Positions 1-7,746 of a DNA stretch of 15,655 nt are shown here, piece after piece. Source of the DNA: Chthoniobacteraceae bacterium (GTDB lineage: Bacteria > Verrucomicrobiota > Verrucomicrobiia > Chthoniobacterales > Chthoniobacteraceae); assembly GCA_031409655.1 (NCBI GenBank), contig JANNXQ010000186.1, positions 1 through 15,655 of the forward strand. The letters are read 5' to 3'. The notes below the pieces were generated by a model. The model was given only the letters and a program-made list of their open reading frames with translations. It was not told the DNA's origin and did not search any database. The stretch's first letter is position 1. Every line of letters begins with the position of its first letter. The position numbers were made by a program, and so were the translations under genes.

Positions 1-572
1 AGGTAGTTCTGAAACCAGACCAGCGATTCGAGATCGAGATGGTTCGTCGGCTCGTCGAGGAGCAGGAGCGCGGGCTCCATCACCAGCAACCGCGCGAGAT
101 GCGCACGCATCACCCAGCCGCCGGACATCGTGCGCGCTTCGCGATTGAAATCCGATTCGCGAAAGGCGAGGCCGGCCAGGATGCGCTTCGCCTTCGGTTC
201 GAGTTGCCAGCCGCCGTGCTCGTCGAAAGTGGCCAGCGCCTCGTGATGCTCCGGCGCATCCTCCGGCGTCGTCTTCAAGGTCTTCTGCGCCTGCGCCAGC
301 TCCGGCGAGATCGCGCAGGCCAGCTCCAGCACCGTCTCGCCGCCCGAGGGCGCGCTTTCCTGCGGGAGAAAGCCGATCGTCGCCGTGCGTTCCAGCGCCA
401 CGCGGCCTTCGTCGGGGGTGGCTTCGCCGAGGATCAGCGAAAAGAGCGTGGACTTGCCCGCTCCATTCGGCCCCACGAGACCGATGCGGTCCCCGCGGTT
501 CACTTGCAGCGACGCATCTTCAAAGAGCGTGCGACCGCCGAAGGATTTGGTGACTTGAGAAACGGTGAGCAT
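1..572 (-). CDS. ABC-F family ATP-binding cassette protein, 5' part (runs off the window edge)
   Basis: Not in the ORF track; translated manually from ATG 572: MLTVSQVTKSFGGRTLFEDASLQVNRGDRIGLVGPNGAGKSTLF...MSGGWVMRAHLARLLVMEPALLLLDEPTNHLDLESLVWFQNY. Walker A, SGGW signature and LLLDEPTNHLD are typical of ABC-F proteins; no transmembrane segment. Confidence 0.93.
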   Translation of the reverse strand, partial: MLTVSQVTKSFGGRTLFEDASLQVNRGDRIGLVGPNGAGKSTLFSLILGEATPDEGRVALERTATIGFLPQESAPSGGETVLELACAISPELAQAQKTLKTTPEDAPEHHEALATFDEHGGWQLEPKAKRILAGLAFRESDFNREARTMSGGWVMRAHLARLLVMEPALLLLDEPTNHLDLESLVWFQNY

Positions 573-587
573 TGGAAAAGGGCGCGC

Positions 588-616
588 ACTCTCGGCGGGA
601 GCCGCCCAAGGTGCAA
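588..616 (-). promoter_or_regulatory. Putative sigma70-type promoter of the ABC-F gene
   Basis: Minus strand TTGCAC-17 bp-GAGAGT followed by a GC-rich discriminator, 15 nt before the ATG; the -10 is an imperfect match. Confidence 0.35.
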
Positions 617-635
617 GCCCGGGGACCGGCGTGAT

Positions 636-2591
636 TCAGGCCGTACACCAGCGGCGCCAGAGGTCGCGATACGCAGCTTCGACGTGGAGGGCAAAGCGGG
701 GCCCATCCATCAGCGGCGACGCCTGCATGCGCTGACGCAAACCTGCCCTGAGACTTTGCAGACGAGGGAGGTCGCGGGTGAGTTCGGCAGCGAGCCGGAC
801 GTAGTCGGCTTCCGTTTCGACGGCGAGTTCCGCTAGGCCCACGTTTGCGAGGAGGCTGCTGGAGATGCGGGCGGGGGCCATCTTGCCCGCGAGGGTGAGC
901 ACGGGCACGCCCATCCACAGGGCGTCGCAGGTGGTCGTGTGGCCGTTGTAGGGGAAGGGGTCGAGGGCGAGGTCGATCTCGTGGAAGAGCCGGAGGTAGT
1001 CCAGGCGCGGCGCGTGATTTTGGAACTGCACGCGGTCTGGCGCGACGCCGTGCGCGGCGAAGATTTCGAGGGTCCGATCGCGATGGCTTCCGGGCTTGGC
1101 CAGGATGCGGAGGCGGGAGCCGGGAGTGGCGGTGAGCACGCGGGCCCAGAGGTCCAGCACCTGCGCATTGAGTTTCTTGAACCCATTCATGGAGCCGAAA
1201 GTAAAGGGCTCGCCGCGGGCTGCGGGGAGATCGCCGGGCTCGGGACTTTCGCCGAGCGGATCGTAGCAGCACCAGGTGTCCGGCAGGCGGATGGGTTCCT
1301 CGGCTGAGTAGGTGTCGGTGCAGCCGGGCGGCTCGAGCTGCGCGTCGGTGAAGCGGTGGCCGATCGCTTCGAGGCCGGTGCTGCCCGGGTGTCCCATCCA
1401 CGCCACTTGCACGGGAGCGGGGCGGCGGGCGAAGACCAGCAGCCGATCGTGCAGCGCGTGCATGGTGAGATCGACGAGGATGTCGATGCGATCGGCGCGA
1501 ATTTTTTCCGCCAAAGCCGCGTCGCTGAGGGCCACGACATCGTGCCATTGATCCATGCTTCGGCGGAAACGTTCCGTGAGCGGAAGGCCAGACGGGAGAT
1601 TCGCGTAGGCGTGCACTTCAAAAGCCGCGTGATCGTGCGCTTCAAGCAATGGCAGGACAAAGTGCGCGGAGGCGTGCTGGCGGAAGTCGCCGGAGAGGTA
1701 GCCGATGCGCAGGCGGCGCTCGGGCGAACGGTCCAGGTCATGCGGTCGCCATTCGGCGCGGAGAGGATCGGCGAACCGGCGGGACCAGCGGGCGTGTTCC
1801 GCGGCGATGCTCGCGGTGTCGGCCGCGGGATCGAGATAGCTGGTGAAGAGGAGGCTGCTGTGCACGCCGCGGTCGGCGGGGTTGGCGTCGAGGCTGCGGC
1901 GATAGCAGGCGAGCGCTTCCGCGATGCGGCCCTGGTCGGAGTAAACGTTGGCGAGATTGTTCTGCGCCACCGCGAGGTTTGGCTGAAGCCGCACCGCTTC
2001 GCGGAGAACTTCCAGCGCTTCGTCATTCCGGCCGGAATCACGCAAGGCGACCCCGAGATGATTTTGCAGCGCCGCGTCATGCGGGATCACGGTGAGAGCC
2101 GTACGCAGCATCGCGATGCAGTCTTCATTGCGGCGTTGCGCCAGCAGGAGATTGCCGAGGTTCAGCGCGGCGAGTCCGAAGCCCGGCTCGTGCTGCAGCG
2201 CGGCTTCGTAAGCGGCGATGGCGTCATTTGCGCGACCAAGCGCGGCGAGGGCGATCCCGCGATTGTAGTGGGCGCTGGCAAAGTCCGGCTTTAGCCGGAG
2301 CGCCGCCACGCAGGCCTGCTCCGCCGCTTCGAGCTGGCCGAGATCGAAGAGCACCTGGCTGAGATTGTTGTAGTAGAGTGGATTGGTGGGATTCGCCGCG
2401 ATGGCCTCCTGGATGATCGCGACTCCCGCGGGCGCATTGCCCGCATGATGCGCCAGCACTCCGAGGAGGTGCAGGACATCCGGGTTATTCGGATGCGTCG
2501 CGAGGATTTGCCGGTAGATCGCCTCCGCTTCGGCAAGCCGTCCGTCAGTATGGTGGGCGATGCCGAGATCGAGGAATTCTTGCGGGGACAT
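636..2591 (-). CDS. TPR-repeat SPINDLY/OGT-like glycosyltransferase (GT41)
   Basis: N-terminal TPR array (GRLAEAEAIYRQIL, YYNNLSQVL, AHYNRGIAL, AQNNLANVY). C-terminal GT41 motifs LRIGYLSGDFRQH, IDILVDL, PAPVQVAWMGHPGSTG and DLALDPFPYNGHTTTCDALWMGVPVLTL. Start placed at MSPQEFL (2591). Confidence 0.92.
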   Translation of the reverse strand: MSPQEFLDLGIAHHTDGRLAEAEAIYRQILATHPNNPDVLHLLGVLAHHAGNAPAGVAIIQEAIAANPTNPLYYNNLSQVLFDLGQLEAAEQACVAALRLKPDFASAHYNRGIALAALGRANDAIAAYEAALQHEPGFGLAALNLGNLLLAQRRNEDCIAMLRTALTVIPHDAALQNHLGVALRDSGRNDEALEVLREAVRLQPNLAVAQNNLANVYSDQGRIAEALACYRRSLDANPADRGVHSSLLFTSYLDPAADTASIAAEHARWSRRFADPLRAEWRPHDLDRSPERRLRIGYLSGDFRQHASAHFVLPLLEAHDHAAFEVHAYANLPSGLPLTERFRRSMDQWHDVVALSDAALAEKIRADRIDILVDLTMHALHDRLLVFARRPAPVQVAWMGHPGSTGLEAIGHRFTDAQLEPPGCTDTYSAEEPIRLPDTWCCYDPLGESPEPGDLPAARGEPFTFGSMNGFKKLNAQVLDLWARVLTATPGSRLRILAKPGSHRDRTLEIFAAHGVAPDRVQFQNHAPRLDYLRLFHEIDLALDPFPYNGHTTTCDALWMGVPVLTLAGKMAPARISSSLLANVGLAELAVETEADYVRLAAELTRDLPRLQSLRAGLRQRMQASPLMDGPRFALHVEAAYRDLWRRWCTA

Positions 2592-2692
2592 GTGGGTACT
2601 GCATCCAAGCCGGACTCGCGCCTGGCGAAAAGACCGGACTGCCATCGGTGCCGGCTTGCTACGCGGCGGAAGGCGCAGCGATATGTGCGCCC

Positions 2693-4147
2693 ATGAAGTT
2701 CCCGGCGATCCTCAGCGCATTCCTTCTCGCGGCGATGTCGCTCTCGGCGGCGCCGAATATCGTCATCATTCTCGCGGACGATCTGGGCTATGGCGATGTG
2801 GGCTGCTTCGGCGCGGAGAAGATTCGCACGCCGAATCTCGATCGGCTGGCGCGGGAGGGGATGAAGTTCACGGACTTCTCTGTCGCGCAGGCGGTGTGCA
2901 GTGCGTCGCGCGCGGCGTTGCTCTCGGGGTGCTACCCGAATCGCATCGGGCTCCAGGGTGCGCTCAATCACACCAGCCCGGCGGGCATCCACCGCGACGA
3001 ACTTTTGCTCCCGGAGATCTGCCGGGAGCGCGGCTACGCCACGGCGATCTTCGGGAAGTGGCACCTCGGGCTGCCGCCCTTCTTTTCGCCGCTGCAGCAC
3101 GGCTTCGATGAATGGCTGGGCCTGCCCTACTCGAACGACAACTCGAAGTTTCACCCGGTGCTCGCCGCGGAGATGCCGCCGCTGCCGCTCTACGATGGCG
3201 ACGCGGTCGCGGAGACTGATCCCGATCAGGCGCGGTTCACGCGCCGCTTGACGGAACGCGCGGTCGATTTCATCGAGCGGAACAAGGAGCGTCCGTTCTT
3301 TCTCTATGTGCCGCAGGTCATGCCGCACGTGCCGGTTTTTGCGTCGGAGAAATTTCGCGGGAAGTCCGCGCTGGGCATTTACGGCGATGCCGTGGAGGAA
3401 CTCGACTGGTCCGTGGGTGAAATCCTCGCCGCGCTCGCGCGCACCGGCCTCGATGAGAGGACGCTCGTGATCTTCTCGTCGGACAATGGCCCCTTCCTCA
3501 GCTACGGCGCGCACGCCGGCAGCGCCGGGCCACTGCGCGAGGGCAAACTCACGGCTTACGAAGGCGGCGTGCGCGTCCCGACGCTGATGCGCTGGCCGGG
3601 GACGATCCCTGCGGGACGCGAGTGTCGCGAGCCCGTGATGACGATCGACCTGCTGCCGACGATCGCCGGACTGCTCGGTGCCGAGCTGCCCCCACGCAAA
3701 ATCGACGGGCGGGACATCCTCCCGCTCCTCCGCGGCGAGGCCGGTGCGAAGTCACCACACGAGGCGCTCTACTTCTACTCCGGCGATGAACTCCACGCCG
3801 TGCGCGGCGGCGACTGGAAGCTGCATCTCCCGCACCCGTATCTCACGGTGATGGCCGCGCCAGGGCGCGACGGAAAGCCGAGCGGCTGGGGCACGCTGAA
3901 GCCGCAGTCCATCGAGCAGAGTGGCGTGAGCGGCATCGCCAGCCGCCACGGCTACCGGGTCGAACAGCAACCGCTCGCGCTCTACAATCTCCGCGAAGAC
4001 CTCGGTGAAAAACACGACCTCGCGGCCCAGCATCCCGACCTCGTGGAAAAGCTCACAGCCTTCGCGGAGCAGGCGCGCGCGGACCTCGGCGACTCCCTGA
4101 CCGCACGGAAAGGGAGCGGAGTGCGCGCGGCGGGAAAGCGCGAGTAA
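2693..4147 (+). CDS. Secreted arylsulfatase A-like (S1 family) sulfatase
   Basis: Signal peptide MKFPAILSAFLLAAMSLSAA, PNIVIILADDLGYGD, formylglycine motif CSASRAALLSG, GYATAIFGKWHLG, SSDNG and YEGGVRVP. Confidence 0.93.
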   Translation: MKFPAILSAFLLAAMSLSAAPNIVIILADDLGYGDVGCFGAEKIRTPNLDRLAREGMKFTDFSVAQAVCSASRAALLSGCYPNRIGLQGALNHTSPAGIHRDELLLPEICRERGYATAIFGKWHLGLPPFFSPLQHGFDEWLGLPYSNDNSKFHPVLAAEMPPLPLYDGDAVAETDPDQARFTRRLTERAVDFIERNKERPFFLYVPQVMPHVPVFASEKFRGKSALGIYGDAVEELDWSVGEILAALARTGLDERTLVIFSSDNGPFLSYGAHAGSAGPLREGKLTAYEGGVRVPTLMRWPGTIPAGRECREPVMTIDLLPTIAGLLGAELPPRKIDGRDILPLLRGEAGAKSPHEALYFYSGDELHAVRGGDWKLHLPHPYLTVMAAPGRDGKPSGWGTLKPQSIEQSGVSGIASRHGYRVEQQPLALYNLREDLGEKHDLAAQHPDLVEKLTAFAEQARADLGDSLTARKGSGVRAAGKRE

Positions 4148-4162
4148 GCGCGAGTAAGCGCG
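4136..4162. repeat. 10-bp direct tandem repeat (AAGCGCGAGT x2.7) spanning the sulfatase stop codon
   Basis: Read directly: AAGCGCGAGT AAGCGCGAGT AAGCGCG. Confidence 0.8.
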
Positions 4163-4169
4163 CGGGGCG

Positions 4170-5306
4170 CTACTCCTTGAGGAGCTTCTCGACCCCGGCC
4201 GTGAGTTCTTCTCCGCGCAGGCTCGTCTCCCGGAGCATGCCCTTTTTGTCGAAGAGCCAGGCGGCGGGGATCGACTTGATGCCGAAGCGGGTGGCGATCT
4301 CATTTTGCCAGCCTTTGCCATCGAAGTTTTGCGGCCAGATCATCTCGTGCTTCTTCAGCGCGGCTTCCATCGCCGCTTTGTCCTGATCGAGCGAAATGCC
4401 GACGATCTCAAAGCCCTGCGCGTGCAGCTTCTGATACGTCGCCAGGACATTCGGCATCTCGGTGATGCACGGCCCGCACCAGCTCGCCCAGAAGTCCACG
4501 AGCACGACCTTGCCGCGCAGCTTCGCGAGATCGACCTCCTTGCCGTCGGTGGCGGTGAACTTCAGCTCGAGCGGTTTCGACTTCAGCTCCTTCAGACTCT
4601 GCTGCTGCGCGAGGGCCTCTTTCGCGGCTCCCGCGACGGCTTCGTCAGGCGACGAGACGAGCTTTTTCAAGAGCGCCTCGGTCTCCGGCGTGAGGAATTG
4701 TCCGGCCACGCGCAACTGCGTCTGCTGCATCTGCGGGACAAATTTGTCCTGCGGAAACTTCGCCAGGAAAGCTTCGCTGGCTTTCAGGAATTTGCTGATC
4801 GTCTCGGGCTGCGCGTCGTCGAGCGCTTCCGTGAGCATCATCGTCTGCGCGAAGGTGGCCTCGCCGCGCACCGCCTCCGGGGCGTCGGTGGCATTGGCGA
4901 TCGTGTCCAATTCCTCGAGCACGTCTTCCGCGCTCGTCCGCCCCGTCAGGCCAGTGCCCGGAAGCTGCGAGAGCTGCATCCCGGTTTGCAGGAGGATCAT
5001 CCGCGCCTCCCAGTGGCGCGGGTCTTTGGGGTAGAGGCTGATGAAAACTTCCGCGGCAGCGCGCTGATTGCCAAACCAGGCTCGCACGAGGCTGATCATT
5101 TCCTCGCGGGATTTCGGCTGGGCGTCGGGTTCCTTTTGCAGCTCCTTGATTTGCGACCAGAGGGCGTCGGCAGTTTTGAAACTGGCGAGGTCAGTGGTCT
5201 TCTTCCCCATCGGCGTCGGCGGTTCGGTGGCGTCATCCACGGCCCTGGCGAGGCCTGCGAGAGGGAGGAGGAGAAGGGGGATAAGGAGGCGGGCTTTCAT
5301 GGGCAT
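4170..5306 (-). CDS. Exported TlpA/ResA-family thiol:disulfide oxidoreductase with N-terminal helical domain
   Basis: Signal peptide (MKARLLIPLLLLPLAGLARA) and C-terminal thioredoxin fold GKVVLVDFWASWCGPC...FEIVGISLD...FGIKSIP. Start is 5306 or 5300. Confidence 0.9.
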   Translation of the reverse strand: MPMKARLLIPLLLLPLAGLARAVDDATEPPTPMGKKTTDLASFKTADALWSQIKELQKEPDAQPKSREEMISLVRAWFGNQRAAAEVFISLYPKDPRHWEARMILLQTGMQLSQLPGTGLTGRTSAEDVLEELDTIANATDAPEAVRGEATFAQTMMLTEALDDAQPETISKFLKASEAFLAKFPQDKFVPQMQQTQLRVAGQFLTPETEALLKKLVSSPDEAVAGAAKEALAQQQSLKELKSKPLELKFTATDGKEVDLAKLRGKVVLVDFWASWCGPCITEMPNVLATYQKLHAQGFEIVGISLDQDKAAMEAALKKHEMIWPQNFDGKGWQNEIATRFGIKSIPAAWLFDKKGMLRETSLRGEELTAGVEKLLKE

Positions 5307-5339
5307 GGACTGCGGAAGGTAGCAGGGAGCGGGAGCAGG

Positions 5340-5410
5340 GAAATGACGAATGACGGATGACCAAGCGCCTCGCCGGGTTCGTCATTTCGGCATTTGCCAT
5401 TTGTCATTTC
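5340..5410. repeat. Inverted heptamer tandem array (AATGACG-type left arm, GTCATT-type right arm)
   Basis: Left arm AATGACG AATGACG GATGACC; right arm CGTCATT t CGGCATT TGCCATT TGTCATT. Termini GAAATGAC/GTCATTTC are perfectly inverted. Confidence 0.85.
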
Positions 5411-5429
5411 TGATCCCCATGGCTAGTTT
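5401..5429 (+). promoter_or_regulatory. Putative sigma70 promoter of the HNH gene
   Basis: TTGTCA(5401-5406)-17 bp-TAGTTT(5424-5429), about 40 nt before ATG 5470. Confidence 0.6.
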
Positions 5430-5469
5430 CCGCGCACTTTTCCGAACCCCGAGCGGAATCCTGTCCCTT

Positions 5470-6072
5470 ATGCTCGATCGTCAAGTCCTCGTCCTTAACC
5501 GACTCTGGCAGGCCATCAATGTCTGCTCCGTCCGGCGGGCTTTTACGCTCTTGAGTGCGGGTCAGGCGCAGGTGGTCGATGCGGATGAGGATCGCAATTT
5601 TTTCACGCACGACTTCGAGAGCTGGCGCGATCTCTCCGAGCGCGAGCCGGAGGCGGAGATGGTACACACGATTTCCTTTAAGATCCGGGTGCCGCGCGTC
5701 ATCGTGCTCCTGCTCTTCGATCGGATGCCGAAGAAGGAGGTGAAGTTCACCCGCGCGAATATTTTCGAGCGCGACAAGTCCACCTGCCAGTATTGCGGCA
5801 TCCATTTCGACCGCCGCGACCTGAATCTCGACCACGTGATCCCGCGGGACCGCGGCGGCCTTACGAGTTGGGAGAATATCGTCTGCTCCTGCATCCCGTG
5901 TAACACGCGGAAGGGCAATCGCCTCGCGCATCAGGTGGGCATGAAGCTGATCAAAAAGCCCGAGCGTCCGCGGTGGCGGCCCTTCCTGCACATTACTTTT
6001 GACAGCAAGGTCCACGAGAGCTGGCGGCACTTCATCGACTTCGCGTACTGGAACGTGGAACTCGGCGGGTAG
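5470..6072 (+). CDS. HNH endonuclease (McrA-like, widespread stand-alone family)
   Basis: MLDRQVLVLN...RRA N-terminus, P-x-VI-x-L, FTRANIFERDKSTCQYCG...LNLDHVIPRDRGGLTSWENIVCSCIPCNTRKG (Zn-binding CxxC pairs plus DH...N...N core). The ORF-track extension to 5350 runs through the repeat and promoter, so it was not used. Confidence 0.92.
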   Translation: MLDRQVLVLNRLWQAINVCSVRRAFTLLSAGQAQVVDADEDRNFFTHDFESWRDLSEREPEAEMVHTISFKIRVPRVIVLLLFDRMPKKEVKFTRANIFERDKSTCQYCGIHFDRRDLNLDHVIPRDRGGLTSWENIVCSCIPCNTRKGNRLAHQVGMKLIKKPERPRWRPFLHITFDSKVHESWRHFIDFAYWNVELGG

Positions 6073-6089
6073 CGCCGTGCCGGTTGAGT

Positions 6090-6135
6090 CAGCGGCGGGA
6101 CGCCGCTGCTACGTAGCTGCGGCGTCCCGCCGCGG
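6090..6135. repeat. Pair of GTAG-type REP palindromes joined at their GTAG ends
   Basis: CAGCGGCGGGACGCCGCTG-CTAC|GTAG-CTGCGGCGTCCCGCCGCGG. Each half is GTAG plus a short GC hairpin; the pair lies between convergent genes. Confidence 0.8.
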
Positions 6136-6153
6136 AATCGGCTGAATGCCTGC

Positions 6154-6489
6154 TCACCGCTCGAAAGGATCGTAAAGCACCGGCTCGCTGCAAAACATGC
6201 ACTTTGGCCGGCGCTTCGAGAGCGCCCGCTGACACTTTGGGCAAAGCTTCGGTGGCGACTTTGGCTTCCGGGCGTCAAGCTTGCCGTCGGCCAGATCGAG
6301 CAGCGTGATTTGCTTCAGCAACTCCGTGTCTTCCAGCCCATGCTTTTCCTGCACGATCTTCCAGAGCGCCTCCGTCACCAGGAGCAGCCGCTCCACGTCC
6401 GCCTTCAGCCCCTCGATCTGATCGCTCGGCACCCGCGAACGCGTCTTCTGCGGCAACAGCTGATCGTCGCTGGAATCGAGCGGCATCAT
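6154..6489 (-). CDS. Small hypothetical protein with coiled N-terminus and C-terminal zinc ribbon
   Basis: IEGLKADVERLLLVTEALWKIV...DLADGKLDAR...CPKC-x9-CMFC. The ATG overlaps the hpt stop (ATGA) and is preceded by GAGGGG. Confidence 0.8.
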   Translation of the reverse strand: MMPLDSSDDQLLPQKTRSRVPSDQIEGLKADVERLLLVTEALWKIVQEKHGLEDTELLKQITLLDLADGKLDARKPKSPPKLCPKCQRALSKRRPKCMFCSEPVLYDPFER

Positions 6490-7031
6490 TTCCCCTCAAA
6501 GATCTCCGGCCGCAGCACCCCGACGAAGGGCAGATTGCGATAGTGCTGTGCGTAATCGAGCCCGTAGCCGACCACAAATTCGTCGCCGATGTCGAAGCCG
6601 ACGTAGTGCGCTTCGAGTTCCTCCGCGCGGGGCTTCTCCTTTCGCAGCAGCACGCAGATACGCACGCTTTTCGGCCGGGCTTCGTCGTGCAGCTTCGCGC
6701 AGATCGCTTGGAGCGTGCGGCCGCTGTCGAGGATGTCATCCACGATCAGCACATGCCGATCATTCACATCCGGCAGCGAGATGCGGTCGAAAGTCACCAC
6801 GCCCGTGCTCTCCGTGCCGCCGTGATAGCTGGAGACACTCAGGCAATCGAGTTGCAGCGGCAGCGGGAGGCGCCGGAGCAGATCCGCCGTGAAAATGAGC
6901 GAGCCATTGAGTACCGCGATCACCGTGAGCTCCTGCCCGGCATATTGCGCCGTGATCTCGCGGGCGAGCTCATCAAGCCGCGAGAGGATCGTCTGTTCGT
7001 GAAAAAGAATACGGGCGATGTCGTTGAGCAC
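6486..7031 (-). CDS. hpt: Hypoxanthine phosphoribosyltransferase
   Basis: GTG start; VLNGSLIFTADLLR, SVSSY, PRPP-binding VLIVDDILDSGRTL and FVVGYGLDYAQHYRNLP. Confidence 0.95.
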   Translation of the reverse strand: MLNDIARILFHEQTILSRLDELAREITAQYAGQELTVIAVLNGSLIFTADLLRRLPLPLQLDCLSVSSYHGGTESTGVVTFDRISLPDVNDRHVLIVDDILDSGRTLQAICAKLHDEARPKSVRICVLLRKEKPRAEELEAHYVGFDIGDEFVVGYGLDYAQHYRNLPFVGVLRPEIFEGK

Positions 7032-7116
7032 GGGTTGTTTGTAGCTGCGGCCCGGAGCCGTCGCACGCTTTTCCGCGCGGATGCGGCAGTGCTCGGACGC
7101 GAGTGAAAAACAGCGG

Positions 7117-7746
7117 CTACCGCGGTGGAGGAGCGGCGCGTTGCAGCGCGCGGGCGCCGAGGAAGAAGCAGCCGTGCGCGGCGGCCTGCACGACGTGATA
7201 GAGATCGTTGTGGTTGAAGCGCGGACTGGGCGCGAGGCGCGCTTGCTGCACCCACGCCGCCGCGCTGGATGCAGCCACGCCCGCGACGATCCAGCGCCGG
7301 TGGGACCGGTGCCCGGTGAAGGCGGCGGCGAGCACGCTGAGCAGCGCGAGGCCGTAAGCGCAGATGGCGATGAAAAATTCCCCGCGCCACAGCGCCCATC
7401 CCCCGAAACCCGCGGCGAGCGTCCACGCCACGATTTGTGCGCGACGCAGCCGTGGACCACTCCACGCAGTGTGGGCGGCGGCTTGCGCGAGGCAGAGGCC
7501 CGTGCCTGCCAGCGCGAGGAGCGCGAGCCGCCACAAGCTTTCAGAGGTCGCCGCGGGAAATTCGGGGCCGAAGCCGTGGTGCAGTCCGCCCGCCAGCGCG
7601 GCGATAGCGTTCACCAGAAAGGCTCGCACCCACCAGCGTACCGGCGCCGACTGCGGACTCGCCGCACCGAGCCGCCACCCGAGCCCCGCGCTCCACGCGG
7701 CGAGCGCGGCATCGGTGAGGAAGGTGGCGGGCTCGTGCAGAGTCAT
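7117..7746 (-). CDS. Multi-pass membrane protein with conserved-looking His motifs (DUF6962-like)
   Basis: Last 209 aa of the 984-aa shadow ORF: MTLHEPATFLTDAALAAWS...AALAGGLHHGF...FNHNDLYHVVQ, with several hydrophobic helices. The ATG overlaps the oxidoreductase stop (ATGA). The family name is from recall and needs an HMM check. Confidence 0.8.
   Translation of the reverse strand: MTLHEPATFLTDAALAAWSAGLGWRLGAASPQSAPVRWWVRAFLVNAIAALAGGLHHGFGPEFPAATSESLWRLALLALAGTGLCLAQAAAHTAWSGPRLRRAQIVAWTLAAGFGGWALWRGEFFIAICAYGLALLSVLAAAFTGHRSHRRWIVAGVAASSAAAWVQQARLAPSPRFNHNDLYHVVQAAAHGCFFLGARALQRAAPPPR

Noticed and set aside
39..836. 265-aa plus-strand ORF
   Set aside because: Antisense shadow of the ABC-F and GT41 genes; Arg-rich with no recognisable motifs.
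2897..2911. Sulfatase motif CSASR instead of CxPxR as a sign of inactivation
   Set aside because: CxAxR is an established functional variant of the formylglycine motif.
5470..6072. HNH gene as a homing endonuclease, IscB/Cas9 relative or defence system
   Set aside because: No RuvC motifs, intron context or defence partners. It matches the common ~200-aa stand-alone HNH family, and the flanking repeats belong to different families, so they do not form matched element ends.
6486..7460. N-terminally extended or fused Hpt (324 aa)
   Set aside because: The extension overlaps the membrane-protein gene; Hpt similarity begins at GTG 7031.
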